This document shows positions 9,129 to 18,673 of a stretch of 64,000 bases of DNA, piece by piece. Below the pieces are notes generated by a model. It made no database searches, was not told where the DNA came from, and worked only from the letters and a program-made list of their open reading frames with translations. Within the stretch, counting starts at the first letter, position 1, and every line of letters starts with the position of its first letter. The position numbers were made by a program, and so were the translations under genes. Source of the DNA: Roseomonas sp. (GTDB taxonomy: Bacteria; Pseudomonadota; Alphaproteobacteria; Acetobacterales; Acetobacteraceae). Location of the stretch: positions 396 to 64,395 of the forward strand of contig DASYDR010000095.1 in the NCBI GenBank assembly GCA_036499545.1. Reading direction: 5' to 3'.

Positions 9129-10703
9129 TCAGCCCTTCTCGACGTTCCAGAAGATCGGGAAGGAGGATTGCACCAGGTCGCGCAGCGACGAGCGATAGGC
9201 GGCCGGGATGGTGAACTGGCCCCACATGACATTGGGCACCAGCTCATAGGCGATACGCTGCACCTCGGCCGCGATCCGCTTGCGCTCCTCCTGGGTCTCG
9301 GCATCGGCGAAGGCGCGCGCCAGGGCCGGGATGCGATCGTCGCAGGACCAGCCCGGGTAATCCGCGCAGGTGCTGGCGATGTAGAAATGGGTCAGCGGTG
9401 TCAGCATGTCGACGCCGTTGGAATAGACCGAGAAGATGCTCCAGCCCTCGCGCCGCCCGCGCCGCGCCAGGACCGTGCCCCAATCCATCACCTGTTCGTC
9501 CACCGTGAAGCCGGCCTGTTGCATGTTCTGCACCAGCACCTGCGCCGCGGTCTGGGAGATGGAACCGGAGACTTCCAGGAAGACCACCGGCTGGCCGCGA
9601 TAGCTGGTGCGCGCCAGCTCCGCCTTCGCCTGTTCCACCGCCAGCCGGGCGCCCTCGGCGCCGGCATCGGTGCTGTAGGGCGCGCCGCACATCCAGAAGG
9701 ACTGGCATTGCGGGGCACGGAAACGTTCGGGGATGCCGATCGCCTGCAGCACGGTGCTCTGGTCGACCAGCTTCCACAGCACGCGCCGCACCGCCGGATC
9801 GTCGAAGGGCGGGAAGGTGTGGTTCAGGCGGAAATTGCCCTGGAACTGCTGCAGGCCGCCGAGCGAGAGCAGCCGCACGTCGCGCGCGCGTTCCAACCGC
9901 GGGATCCAGTCGAAGGGGACATACTGCTGGTAGTCGATCTCGCCGGCCATCAGCGCGGTCGAGCCGGTCGCCTGGTCCGACATGGCGCGCAGCGACAGGC
10001 TGTCGATCCGCACCCGCTTGCCGCCGGCCAGGAAATCCGGCGCTTCGGGGCGCGGCGCATAGCCCGCGAATTTCTCCAGCACCATGGCATTGCCTGGCCG
10101 CCAGAGATCCGGGCGGAAGCGGAAAGGGCCGGAGCCGATGATTTCCGTGATGCGCTGGTCGGCAGGTGTGCGGGCGATGCGTTCCGGCAGGATGAAGGGC
10201 ACCGGGGCGTTCGGCTTGCCCAGCACGTCCAGCACCAGCGGGAAGGGGCGCTTCAACCGCAGCTCGATCGTCCGCGCATCCCTGGCCACCAGGCTCTCCC
10301 GCGCATCCAGCAGCATGCGGCCCAGGGCATCGCGCGGCATCCAGCGTTCGAGGGAGGCGACGACATCGGCCGCCGTCACCGGCTGGTCGTCGTGGAATTT
10401 CAGCCCCGGGCGCAAGGTAACGCGCCAGGTCAGGCGATCGGCGGAGACGCTGTGGTCCTCGGCCATCTGCGGCTGGATGCGGCCTTGCCCATCCATGGCG
10501 AAGAGCGTGTCGAAGACATGATAGCCGAAGGTGCGGGTGATCGCCGCGGTCGTCACATAGGGATCGAGGATGACGACCTCGGATTCCAGCATCAGGGTCA
10601 GCTGCCGCTCGGCCCGCGCTTCCGGCGGCCGGATGATGCCGGAAGCCGCCAATGCGCCGCCGCCGGCCAGCAGGCCACGACGCCCGAATTCCGTGATGGG
10701 CAT
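9129..10703 (-). CDS. ABC transporter substrate-binding protein, family 5 (peptide/nickel)
   Basis: Start set at ATG 10703 (MPITEFGRRGLLAGG, Tat-like). LDPYVT..VFDTLF..PQMAE..TLRPGLKFHDDQPVTAADVVAS..IGSGPFRF. Confidence 0.88.
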   Translation of the reverse strand: MPITEFGRRGLLAGGGALAASGIIRPPEARAERQLTLMLESEVVILDPYVTTAAITRTFGYHVFDTLFAMDGQGRIQPQMAEDHSVSADRLTWRVTLRPGLKFHDDQPVTAADVVASLERWMPRDALGRMLLDARESLVARDARTIELRLKRPFPLVLDVLGKPNAPVPFILPERIARTPADQRITEIIGSGPFRFRPDLWRPGNAMVLEKFAGYAPRPEAPDFLAGGKRVRIDSLSLRAMSDQATGSTALMAGEIDYQQYVPFDWIPRLERARDVRLLSLGGLQQFQGNFRLNHTFPPFDDPAVRRVLWKLVDQSTVLQAIGIPERFRAPQCQSFWMCGAPYSTDAGAEGARLAVEQAKAELARTSYRGQPVVFLEVSGSISQTAAQVLVQNMQQAGFTVDEQVMDWGTVLARRGRREGWSIFSVYSNGVDMLTPLTHFYIASTCADYPGWSCDDRIPALARAFADAETQEERKRIAAEVQRIAYELVPNVMWGQFTIPAAYRSSLRDLVQSSFPIFWNVEKG

Positions 10704-10747
10704 GGGAAGTTCCCTCCGTTTTCGTGGTCGGTCGGGCTTCGCAGTTC

Positions 10748-10755
10748 GATATATC
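10748..10755. promoter_or_regulatory. Candidate GntR operator 1 (GATATATC core)
   Basis: ttcGATATATCct in the ~100-bp divergent gap between the SBP and the amidase. The same core occurs at 14192 and 18608. Confidence 0.65.
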
Positions 10756-10806
10756 CTATGGCAGGCTGCGCTACCGATCGCCCCCGCGCAAGGAGGAAAC
10801 GCGCCG

Positions 10807-12240
10807 ATGTCCGATGCCGAGCTTCTCTTCATGCCGGCGACACGCGCGGCCGCACTGATCCGCCGGCGCGCGCTCTCCCCGGTCGAGCTGACGCGCGCCG
10901 TGCTGGATGCGATCGCGCGCGAGCAGCCGCGCCTGAACGCCTTCGTGACCGTGCTGGAAGACCAGGCGATGGAAGCGGCGCGGGAGGCGGAGCAGGCGGT
11001 GATGCTCGGCGCGCCGCTCGGCCCTCTGCACGGCGTGCCGGTGCATATCAAGGACCAGGTCGATACCGCCGGCATCCGCACCACCCATGGCTCGGCGATC
11101 TTCGCGGAGAACGTGCCGGCACGGGACGACATCACCGCGACCCGGCTGCATCAGGCGGGCAGCATCCTGCTCGGCAAGACGACGATGCCGGAGTTCGGGC
11201 ACAAGGGGCTGACCGATGGGCCGGGCTTCGGCACCACCCGCAACCCCTGGGACCTGACGCGCACCGCCGGCGGCTCCTCGGGCGGTGCCGCGGCGGCGGT
11301 GGCGGCGGGGCTCGGGCCGCTCGGGCTCGGCACCGACGGCGCCGGTTCGGTGCGCATCCCGGCCGCCTGCTGCGGCATCGTCGGGCTGAAGGCGACGCTC
11401 GGCGCCGTGCCCTGGGAAGCGGCGGCCGACACCTTCGCCAACAATGTCTATGCGGGGCCGATGACGCGCACGGTGACCGATGCCGCGGTGATGTTCGCGG
11501 CGATCACGGGACCGAGCCCGCGCGACGCGCAGAGCCTGCGCGGCCCGGGCCTGGCGCCGGTGTCACCAGGGCTGATCGGCGGCGATCTGCACGGGCTTCG
11601 CATCGGCTACATCGCGCGGGCCTGCAATGCGCGGGTGCAGCGGGAGATGGCGGCGAACACCATCGCCTCCCTCGACGCGCTGATGGCGCGCGGCGCCGCG
11701 GTGGAGGAAGTGAAGGACGCGATCGACTGGATGGAATTCCCCGGCCGCATCATGTACCAGGCCGGTTTCGCGGTGACCTGCGCGCAGTATCTGCCGGAAT
11801 GGCACAACCGCATGGATCCGGTGCTGCTCGCCTTCATGGAGCGCGGGTCGGCCTTCTCCCTCGCGGAGTTCCGCGAAGCGCAATTCGCCCGCACCCGGCT
11901 GTTCCGCACCATCCAGGGCCTGTTCGAACGCTACGACGTGCTGGTGACGCCGACCCTGACGCGCACCGCGCTGCCGGCCGATTTCGACGCCGCGCATGAC
12001 GAGGTCGAGATCGAGGGCGAGCGCTTCGGCATCACCCGCCAGGGCTGGAGCAGCTACATGTACCCCTTCAACCTGACGGGGCATCCGGCGCTGACCATTC
12101 CGTCCGGCTTCGCCGAGGATGGCCTGCCGACCGCGGTGCAACTCGTCGGCCCCTGGGGCGCCGACATGGACCTGCTGCGCCTCGGCGCCCTGCTGGAGCA
12201 GGACCGCCCCTGGGCGCAGCGGCGGCCGAAGCTGGCGTAG
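10807..12240 (+). CDS. Amidase-signature family hydrolase
   Basis: GVPVHIKD (catalytic Lys), GGSSGGAAAAV and GTDGAGSVRIPA (Ser-cisSer-Lys triad region). AAGGAGG RBS upstream of ATG 10807. Confidence 0.92.
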   Translation: MSDAELLFMPATRAAALIRRRALSPVELTRAVLDAIAREQPRLNAFVTVLEDQAMEAAREAEQAVMLGAPLGPLHGVPVHIKDQVDTAGIRTTHGSAIFAENVPARDDITATRLHQAGSILLGKTTMPEFGHKGLTDGPGFGTTRNPWDLTRTAGGSSGGAAAAVAAGLGPLGLGTDGAGSVRIPAACCGIVGLKATLGAVPWEAAADTFANNVYAGPMTRTVTDAAVMFAAITGPSPRDAQSLRGPGLAPVSPGLIGGDLHGLRIGYIARACNARVQREMAANTIASLDALMARGAAVEEVKDAIDWMEFPGRIMYQAGFAVTCAQYLPEWHNRMDPVLLAFMERGSAFSLAEFREAQFARTRLFRTIQGLFERYDVLVTPTLTRTALPADFDAAHDEVEIEGERFGITRQGWSSYMYPFNLTGHPALTIPSGFAEDGLPTAVQLVGPWGADMDLLRLGALLEQDRPWAQRRPKLA

Positions 12241-12316
12241 GGAGGTTCCTTGATCGCCGTCGCAACTGCAGGTTTCGCTGCCGCGTAGCAGGCCGGGCTT
12301 CTGCGCGAGCGCTCCT

Positions 12317-12604
12317 CTACAAATGGCGCTCCCAGTCCTGGCGGCCGTGCAGGACGCGGATGATGAGGATCCCATCACCATGCTCGACGTAGACGACGAT
12401 ATGCGCCCGGCAGGGGTGCAGCCGCACTGGCGGGCTGAATTCCACCCGCTCGCGGGCCAGGTGCGGATGGTCGGCGAGGCGTTCGAAGGCCGCGGCCAGT
12501 TCCGCATGGTAGCGCTCAGCCTGCTCGATGCCGAAGGCTGCCGCACCATGCAGGTAGATGTCGATGATGTCCTGATCCGCTTGGCGGCTTGTCCTATAGC
12601 CCAT
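12317..12604 (-). CDS. parE: ParE/RelE-family toxin
   Basis: MGYRTSRQADQDIIDIY..FGIEQAERY..L..HP..H.VVY.....I.IIRVLHGRQDWERHL, 95 aa, overlapping the antitoxin stop. Confidence 0.88.
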   Translation of the reverse strand: MGYRTSRQADQDIIDIYLHGAAAFGIEQAERYHAELAAAFERLADHPHLARERVEFSPPVRLHPCRAHIVVYVEHGDGILIIRVLHGRQDWERHL

Positions 12605-12851
12605 GATCCCGCGCGCTCTTGGCTTGTCTGCGCGCGGCTTCCAGGACGTCGCCAATGGAGCGGTCGCTGATTCCACTGTCGATGCCTTCGGTAATCAGTC
12701 GCTGCAACTCGGCCAGCTTATCAGCCCGCTCCTGGTCGCGCCGGATCAGGTCGCGGACATAATCGCTCGCGTTGCTGTAGCGCCCGGTCTGGGCCTGCTT
12801 TTCCACCCAGTCCTTCATCGGATCGGGAAGGGACACGTTCATGGTCGCCAT
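12594..12851 (-). CDS. parD: ParD-family antitoxin (RHH, CC2985-like)
   Basis: MATMNVSLPDPMKDWVEKQAQTGRYSNASDYVRDLIRRDQER..LQRLITEGIDSG, 85 aa. Confidence 0.9.
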   Translation of the reverse strand: MATMNVSLPDPMKDWVEKQAQTGRYSNASDYVRDLIRRDQERADKLAELQRLITEGIDSGISDRSIGDVLEAARRQAKSARDHGL

Positions 12852-12869
12852 GGTGGCACCTCTGGCGCC

Positions 12870-12899
12870 ATGATGGCAAAGATTGCCAATTTCTGTCAA
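12870..12899 (-). promoter_or_regulatory. parDE promoter with operator palindrome
   Basis: On the minus strand TTGACA-18 nt-CATCAT. The inverted repeat TGGCAA-aga-TTGCCA (12874-12888) lies between the -35 and -10 elements. Confidence 0.65.
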
Positions 12900-12927
12900 C
12901 GACCGAGGGCTGCGACGCCCCCTGTGC

Positions 12928-14166
12928 TCAGCCCAGTTTCGCCACCGCCGCGAAGCCGGCATCAGCCGCCTCGAGCGCCCGGTCGATATCGGCTTCGGCA
13001 TGAGCGCAGGACAGGAACATGTTGTGGCGCGGGTGGAAATAGGCGCCCGCCGCCAGTGCCGCGGCGCAGAAGGCATTGCCGAGGCGGAAGTCCTCATCGC
13101 CCTCGAACAGCATCAGCGGCATCTGCGCGGGGCCGGTCTGGCGTACCGCGACGCCATGCCGCGCGGCGCCAGCGGCGAAGCCGGCGCGCAGCCTTTCGCC
13201 CATCGCCCGCATCCGGGCCGGGCCGTCGATGCGGTGCAACGTGTCCAATGTCGCGATTGCGGCCGCCATCGGCACCGCGCCGCACCAGAAGGATCCGGTG
13301 GTGAAGACCGTGGTCGCCGCCTGCCGCAGCCAGTCCGCCCCGGTGACCGCGGCCAGCGGATGCCCGTTGGCGATCGCCTTGCTGTAGGCGGCGAGGTCGG
13401 GGCGCACGCCGAGCGTCTCCCATGACCCGCCGAGATGCAGGCGGAAGCCGGCGCGGACATCATCCAGGATCAGCGCGGCGCCGTCGCGGTCGCAGGCCGC
13501 GCGCAGCGCCTGCGCGAAAGCGGGGTCCGGCAGTTCCAGCGCGCGGGCCATGTCGTGGCGGAAGGCGGTGACGATGATCGCCGCCAGATCACCCTTCGCA
13601 GCCGCGACCGCCGCTTCGATCGAAGCGATGTCATTGTAGTCATAGAAGACCAGATGCGCCCGGTCCTCGATGGTGACGCCGGCGATGGAGGGCGAGCACC
13701 AGGGCACCGCGCCATGATAGGAACCGCGCGCGACCAGCACCTTGCGGCGGCCGGTCGCCGCGCGGGCGATGGTGACGCAGGCGGTGGTGGCATCGGTGCC
13801 GTTCTTGGCCAGCAGGCACCAATCGGCGTGCGGGATGGTATCGACCAGGCGTTCGGCGAGGTCCACCAGGGCCGGCGCCGGCCCGTTCATGCAATCGCCC
13901 AGCGCCGCCTGGCGCCGCGCCGCGTCCTCCACCGCCGGATGGTGGTGGCCGAGCACGACCGGCCCCCAGGAACACATGAAATCGACCACTTCCCGCCCAT
14001 CGACATCCCAGAGGCGGCAGCCTTCGGCGTGGGCGAAATACTGCGGATAGCCGGGCGGCAGGTTGGCGGCATTGAGATGCCCCCAGAGCCCGCCCGGGAT
14101 CACCCGCCGCGCACGGTGCCGCAGCGCGGCATCGCGGCTGGCGGTGAGGGGAATGGCGTCGGGCAT
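12928..14166 (-). CDS. Class III PLP aminotransferase (glutamate-1-semialdehyde aminomutase-like)
   Basis: AEGCRLWDVDGREVVDF, GTDATT, RGSYHG, LILDDVRAGFR and YSKAIANG (PLP Lys). Start at ATG 14166. Confidence 0.88.
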   Translation of the reverse strand: MPDAIPLTASRDAALRHRARRVIPGGLWGHLNAANLPPGYPQYFAHAEGCRLWDVDGREVVDFMCSWGPVVLGHHHPAVEDAARRQAALGDCMNGPAPALVDLAERLVDTIPHADWCLLAKNGTDATTACVTIARAATGRRKVLVARGSYHGAVPWCSPSIAGVTIEDRAHLVFYDYNDIASIEAAVAAAKGDLAAIIVTAFRHDMARALELPDPAFAQALRAACDRDGAALILDDVRAGFRLHLGGSWETLGVRPDLAAYSKAIANGHPLAAVTGADWLRQAATTVFTTGSFWCGAVPMAAAIATLDTLHRIDGPARMRAMGERLRAGFAAGAARHGVAVRQTGPAQMPLMLFEGDEDFRLGNAFCAAALAAGAYFHPRHNMFLSCAHAEADIDRALEAADAGFAAVAKLG

Positions 14167-14191
14167 GGGGCTAGGCTCCTTCACGCCCTTC

Positions 14192-14199
14192 GATATATC
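14192..14199. promoter_or_regulatory. Candidate GntR operator 2 (GATATATC core)
   Basis: ttcGATATATCat in the ~90-bp divergent gap between the aminotransferase and the SBP. Confidence 0.65.
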
Positions 14200-14255
14200 A
14201 TGTGGCCGAATGATTTGGGAATGCGGCGGCACGACCGCATCCTGGGGGAGGCGAG

Positions 14256-15758
14256 ATGCGCGCTTTGCTGGCCGGACTGTTCGGCCTGATCCTGATGGCC
14301 ATGCCTGGCGCGGCGCAGACCCTGCGCATCGGCATCGCCTCCGATCCCGATGTGCTGGACCCGACCCTGTCGCGCAGCGTCGCGGCGCGGCAGGTTTTCA
14401 TGGCCATGTGCGACAAGCTGATCGAGGTGAACGAGCGGGGCGAACTGGTGCCGCAACTCGCGACCGGCTGGAACTGGGAGGAGGAGGGCCGCGCGCTGCT
14501 GCTGACGCTGCGGCCGGGCGTGCATTTCCAGGATGGCGCGGCGCTGGATGCGGAAGCCGCGGTCGCGGGCCTGAACCGGCACTTCACCGCCCCGGGCTCC
14601 ACGCGTCGCGGCGAAATGGGACCGGTGACGGGCATTGAGGTCGCGGGGCCCATGCAGGTCCGGATCCGCCTGAGCCAGCCCTTCGCGCCGCTGCTGGCGG
14701 CGCTGTCCGATCGCGCGGGCATGCTGGTATCACCGCGCCAGGCCACTGTGTTCGGTGCCGATTTCCAGCGCGAGCCCGCCTGCGCCGGCCCCTTCCGCCT
14801 GACCCGCCGCGTCGCCCAGGACCGCATCGAGCTGGAGCGGTTCGACGGCTACTGGGACCGCGCCGCGATCCATGCCGAGCGCGTCGTCTACCGGCCGATC
14901 AGCGACACCACGGTGCGCGCCGCCAATCTGCGTGCCGGATCGCTCGACATCATCGAACGGGTCAATACGTCGGATGTCGAGACGCTGCGCCAGGATCGCC
15001 GCGTCCGCCTGCTGGAAGGGCCGTCACTGTCGACCGTCTATATTGCGATCAATGTCGCGAACGGGGAGCGGGCGCAGACCCCGCTCGGCCGCGATCCCCG
15101 CGTGCGCGCGGCGCTGGAGGCGGCGATCGACCGGGAGGTGCTGAACCGCGTCGCCTTCGACGGGCTCTACCGACCGGCCAACCAGTCGGTGCCGCCCGGC
15201 CATCCGCACCATGTCGATGGCATCGCGGTGCCGGGCCGCGACGTCGCGCGCGCCCGCGCCCTGCTGCGGGAAGCGGGGCTGGAGCGGGTGCGGATCAAGT
15301 TCTCCGTGCCGAACACCACCGAATACGTGCAGGCCGCCGAAGTGATCCAGGCCATGGCGGCGGAAGCCGGCATCGACCTCGAGCTGCAGGTGATCGAGGT
15401 CGCGACCTTGCTGCGGCAATGGACCGCCGGCGATTTCGAGGCGCTGATCATCGCCTGGTCAGGGCGCACCGATATCGACGGCAATCTCTGGGGCTTCAAC
15501 GCCTGCGGTGAATCCCTCAACGGCGGCCGCTATTGCAGCGAAGCCGCGGATGCCGCGCTGCGCGACGGCCGCACCAGCGTCGACCCCGCGGCGCGGCTCG
15601 CCGCCTATGGCCGCGCCATGCGGGTGCTGCTGGAGGACCGGCCCTATATCTATCTCTGGCACCCGCGGAGCTTCTTCGGCACCACCGCCGCCGTGGACGG
15701 GCTGCGGCTGGTGCCGGATGGGCTGATCCGGGTGCAGGGCGTCAGCCTGCGCCGCTGA
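14256..15758 (+). CDS. ABC transporter substrate-binding protein, family 5 (DppA-like)
   Basis: Signal peptide, DPDVLDP, PQLATGW, LRPGVHFQDG, CAGPFRL, RDPRVRAALEAAIDR. Confidence 0.9.
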   Translation: MRALLAGLFGLILMAMPGAAQTLRIGIASDPDVLDPTLSRSVAARQVFMAMCDKLIEVNERGELVPQLATGWNWEEEGRALLLTLRPGVHFQDGAALDAEAAVAGLNRHFTAPGSTRRGEMGPVTGIEVAGPMQVRIRLSQPFAPLLAALSDRAGMLVSPRQATVFGADFQREPACAGPFRLTRRVAQDRIELERFDGYWDRAAIHAERVVYRPISDTTVRAANLRAGSLDIIERVNTSDVETLRQDRRVRLLEGPSLSTVYIAINVANGERAQTPLGRDPRVRAALEAAIDREVLNRVAFDGLYRPANQSVPPGHPHHVDGIAVPGRDVARARALLREAGLERVRIKFSVPNTTEYVQAAEVIQAMAAEAGIDLELQVIEVATLLRQWTAGDFEALIIAWSGRTDIDGNLWGFNACGESLNGGRYCSEAADAALRDGRTSVDPAARLAAYGRAMRVLLEDRPYIYLWHPRSFFGTTAAVDGLRLVPDGLIRVQGVSLRR

Positions 15759-15791
15759 TACTATCTGCCCCTCGGACGCCGGGCGGGCGCC

Positions 15792-15816
15792 CGGCACGGG
15801 CGAAGTGCCCGTGCCG
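15792..15816. terminator. Hairpin between convergent genes
   Basis: cggcacgggc-gaagt-gcccgtgccg, a perfect 10-bp stem. Confidence 0.55.
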
Positions 15817-15827
15817 CTATCCCTGCG

Positions 15828-16799
15828 TCACTGGTTCCAGGGCCGGCGCTGCCACAGCGCCTGCACCTGCTGGGCGTTGCTGGCGGCCATGGCGCGATAG
15901 GCATCGCCGACCACGGCGCGCAGCGGCAGGCCGACACGCTCCGCCTCGCGCAGGAAATCCGCATCCGCCATCGCCGCCGTGAAGGCCTGCTGCAGCGCAT
16001 CGCGGATCGGCGCTGGCATATTGGGTGGGCCGACGATGCCGCGCGCCGAGCCGCCGACGAGATCAAAGCCCTGCTCGCGGAAGGTCGGCACGTCCGGCGT
16101 CGCCTGCCAGCGCTGCTCCGCCGCCTGGCCGAGCGAGCGCAGCTGGCCTTCGCGCAGGTTGGAATAGATCTCGGCCATATTGGCGACGCCGAGCGGCAGG
16201 TGCCCGCCCAGGAGCTGCGTCATCAGCGGCGCGGCGCCAGCAAAGGGGATATGCGTCATTTCCGGAATGCCGGCCAGCGCCTGGAAGTTCAGCATCAGGA
16301 TGTGGTCGTCGGAGCCGATGCCGGTGGTGCCATAGCTGAGCTCGCCCGGCTTTGCCTTTGCGGCGGCGACGAGGTCGGCCAGCGTCCTGATCGGCGAATT
16401 GGTCGCGACATAGATCGTGTTCGGGTCATCGACCACATTGGCGATGAAGCTGAAATCCAGCGGCCGGTAGCGCACCGGCCGCTCCAGCGGGAAGGTGTTC
16501 AGCGCCGGCAGCGTGATGGCGCAGAGCGTATAGCCGTCGGCCGGCGCGTTGAAGCCGAACTCGAAGCCGACCTGGCCGCCGGCACCGCCGCGATTGCTCA
16601 CCACCGCGCGCGCGTTGCGGCCGAGATGCCTGGTGACATAGGGCATCACCAGCCGTGCCATGGTGTCGACGCCGCCGCCCGGCGGATAGGGCACGATGAC
16701 TTCGATGGCACGGTCCCCGGGCCAGCCCGATTGCGCGCGGGCAAGGGACGGCGCGGCGAGCAACGCGGCGCCCGTCAGGAGATGACGGCGGGAGAGCAT
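15828..16799 (-). CDS. Tripartite tricarboxylate transporter substrate-binding protein (Bug/TctC)
   Basis: MLSRRHLLTG leader, IVPYPPGGGVD, NRGGAGG, ADGYTL, YGTTGIGSDDH, HIPFAGAAP. Confidence 0.9.
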   Translation of the reverse strand: MLSRRHLLTGAALLAAPSLARAQSGWPGDRAIEVIVPYPPGGGVDTMARLVMPYVTRHLGRNARAVVSNRGGAGGQVGFEFGFNAPADGYTLCAITLPALNTFPLERPVRYRPLDFSFIANVVDDPNTIYVATNSPIRTLADLVAAAKAKPGELSYGTTGIGSDDHILMLNFQALAGIPEMTHIPFAGAAPLMTQLLGGHLPLGVANMAEIYSNLREGQLRSLGQAAEQRWQATPDVPTFREQGFDLVGGSARGIVGPPNMPAPIRDALQQAFTAAMADADFLREAERVGLPLRAVVGDAYRAMAASNAQQVQALWQRRPWNQ

Positions 16800-16889
16800 G
16801 GATCTGTTTCCTCGACTTCTGCAGCGGGCGGGAGATTGCGTCGGCATCCCGCCGGGGTCAAAGAGAGCCCGGAAGAGGGAGGATGCGGC

Positions 16890-17813
16890 ATGACAGGGCA
16901 ACACGCGGTGGTTGTGGGCTTCGGCCTGATGGGGTGCGACATCGCGGCGATCTTCCTCGCCGGCGGCTGGCGCGTCAGCGCGGTGGAAACCGATCGCACC
17001 GCCTGGCCGTCCCGGGAGGAGCGCGTGCGCAGCTCCCTGGCGCAGCTCGACGCCGATCCCGCGCTCGGCGCCGCGCTCACCTTGCATGGCGCGCTGGAGG
17101 ATGTCGGCTTCGCCGATGCGGCGGTGGTGATCGAAGCGGTGCCGGAGCAGCTGGAGCTGAAGCGCCAGGTCTTCGCCGCGCTCGACCGGCTGGTGCCGGC
17201 GGGCGTGCCGATCGCGACCAATGCCTCAGGCCTGCGCATCACCGATATCGCGCGGGAGCTGCCGGGCCGCGCGCGCATGGCCAACCTGCATTTCTTCCTG
17301 CCGGCGCATCTGGTGCCGGGGGTCGAGGTGGTGCGCGGCGAATACACCGACCCCGCGGTCTGCGACCGGCTGGCGGCGATCATGGCCTCGCTCGGCCGCA
17401 AGCCGATCCGCGTCGGGCGCGACGTGCCGGGCTTCCTGGCCAACCGCATCCAGCATGCGCTGATGCGCGAAGCCTTCGCCGCGATCGATGAAGGCCTGGC
17501 CACGGCGGAGGATGTGGACGCCGCGGTGCGCTATGCCTTCGGCTTCCGCTACGTCGCCGCCGGCCCGATGCTGCAGAAGGAGCTGGCGGGGCTCGAGACC
17601 CAGCTTGCCGCCGCCCGCAGCATCTACCCGTCGCTGCACAACGGCACCGAACCCTCCGCCACGCTGCAGAAGCTGGTGGCCGAAGGCCGGCTTGGCGCCA
17701 AGAGCGGCCGCGGTTTCCGTGACTGGCCGGAGGACAAGGTGGCGCGGGAGAAGGCGCGCTACGAAAGCACGCTCAAGGCCGCGACCAGGCTGCTCCGCGA
17801 CGAGGAGAGCTGA
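16890..17813 (+). CDS. 3-hydroxyacyl-CoA dehydrogenase family protein
   Basis: VVVGFGLMG Rossmann motif, IEAVPEQLELKRQVF, ATNASGL, HFFLP, PGFLANRIQHAL. GGAGG RBS before ATG 16890. Confidence 0.9.
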   Translation: MTGQHAVVVGFGLMGCDIAAIFLAGGWRVSAVETDRTAWPSREERVRSSLAQLDADPALGAALTLHGALEDVGFADAAVVIEAVPEQLELKRQVFAALDRLVPAGVPIATNASGLRITDIARELPGRARMANLHFFLPAHLVPGVEVVRGEYTDPAVCDRLAAIMASLGRKPIRVGRDVPGFLANRIQHALMREAFAAIDEGLATAEDVDAAVRYAFGFRYVAAGPMLQKELAGLETQLAAARSIYPSLHNGTEPSATLQKLVAEGRLGAKSGRGFRDWPEDKVAREKARYESTLKAATRLLRDEES

Positions 17814-18599
17814 TCAGCCCTTGCGGGCAGGCGTCTCCGCGGCGCTTTCCTCCATCCGGCGCAGCAGCGCGACCAGACCGGCGCCGCCTTCGATGGTGTC
17901 GGCGATCACCGCGTCGCGCGTCGCGCCCGCATCCCGCGCCCGCAGCCCGTCCAGGATGTCGAGATGGCGGTGCCGGCCGGGATAGGTCGGCCGCGCATGC
18001 GGGTACAGGTGGTTCAGCATCGGCCCGTTGCGCAGCCAGATGCCCTCGATCACGCCCAGCAGTTCCGGCATCGCGGCGGCACGGTAGAGCCCGTGGTGAA
18101 AGCGCCAATTGGCCCCGATCGCGGCCGGCGCATCGCCCGCCGCCTCGGCCCGCACCAGCTCCGCATGCGCGCGTTCCAGCGCGCGGATGCCGGCTTCGGT
18201 AACGTGCGCGGCCGCCGCGGCGGCGGCCATGCTCTCGAGCGCCAGGCGCACCTCGCGCAGTTCCAGGTATTGCGCCAGGGTCAGCCCGGCGACGGTGATG
18301 GCGCGCGCCTGTTCCATGCGCAGCGCGCGTTCGCGAACCAGCTGCATCACGGCTTCCCGCACCGGCGTCTCGGAAACCGACAGGCTTTGCGCCAGGTCGC
18401 GGATCTTCAGGCGCTGGCCCGGCCGCATGCGGCCTTCCATCAGCGCGTTGCGCAGCTCGGCATAGACGCGGCCGGTGAAGTTCTCGCGCCCGATCGGCGT
18501 CAGGAAGCCAAGCCCGTCGCCGGCCGCGGCCCGCGATGGGCGGACGGGGCTGCGGGCGGTGGGGCGGGACCGGGCGGGCGGCTGATCCATGGACACCAT
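17814..18599 (-). CDS. GntR-family (FCD) transcriptional regulator
   Basis: VYAELRNALMEGRMRPGQRL..LAQSLSVSETPVREA HTH plus FCD domain (ELREVRLALE, NWRFHHGL). Start at 18599 or 18590. Confidence 0.9.
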   Translation of the reverse strand: MVSMDQPPARSRPTARSPVRPSRAAAGDGLGFLTPIGRENFTGRVYAELRNALMEGRMRPGQRLKIRDLAQSLSVSETPVREAVMQLVRERALRMEQARAITVAGLTLAQYLELREVRLALESMAAAAAAAHVTEAGIRALERAHAELVRAEAAGDAPAAIGANWRFHHGLYRAAAMPELLGVIEGIWLRNGPMLNHLYPHARPTYPGRHRHLDILDGLRARDAGATRDAVIADTIEGGAGLVALLRRMEESAAETPARKG

Positions 18600-18607
18600 G
18601 ACTATTT

Positions 18608-18615
18608 GATATATC
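18608..18615. promoter_or_regulatory. Candidate GntR operator 3 (GATATATC core)
   Basis: ttGATATATCga immediately upstream of gntR, in the gntR/acylase divergent gap. Confidence 0.7.
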
Positions 18616-18673
18616 GACGAACCGGCGAAGCCGGACCAGAGTTGACGCGCCGCTTCATATGGGAAGGCCCCGC

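Noticed and set aside
12323-12670. Plus-strand 115-aa ORF opposite parE (possible antisense antitoxin)
   Set aside because: It is the exact antisense shadow of parE with no RBS or motif, and a canonical ParD already explains neutralisation.
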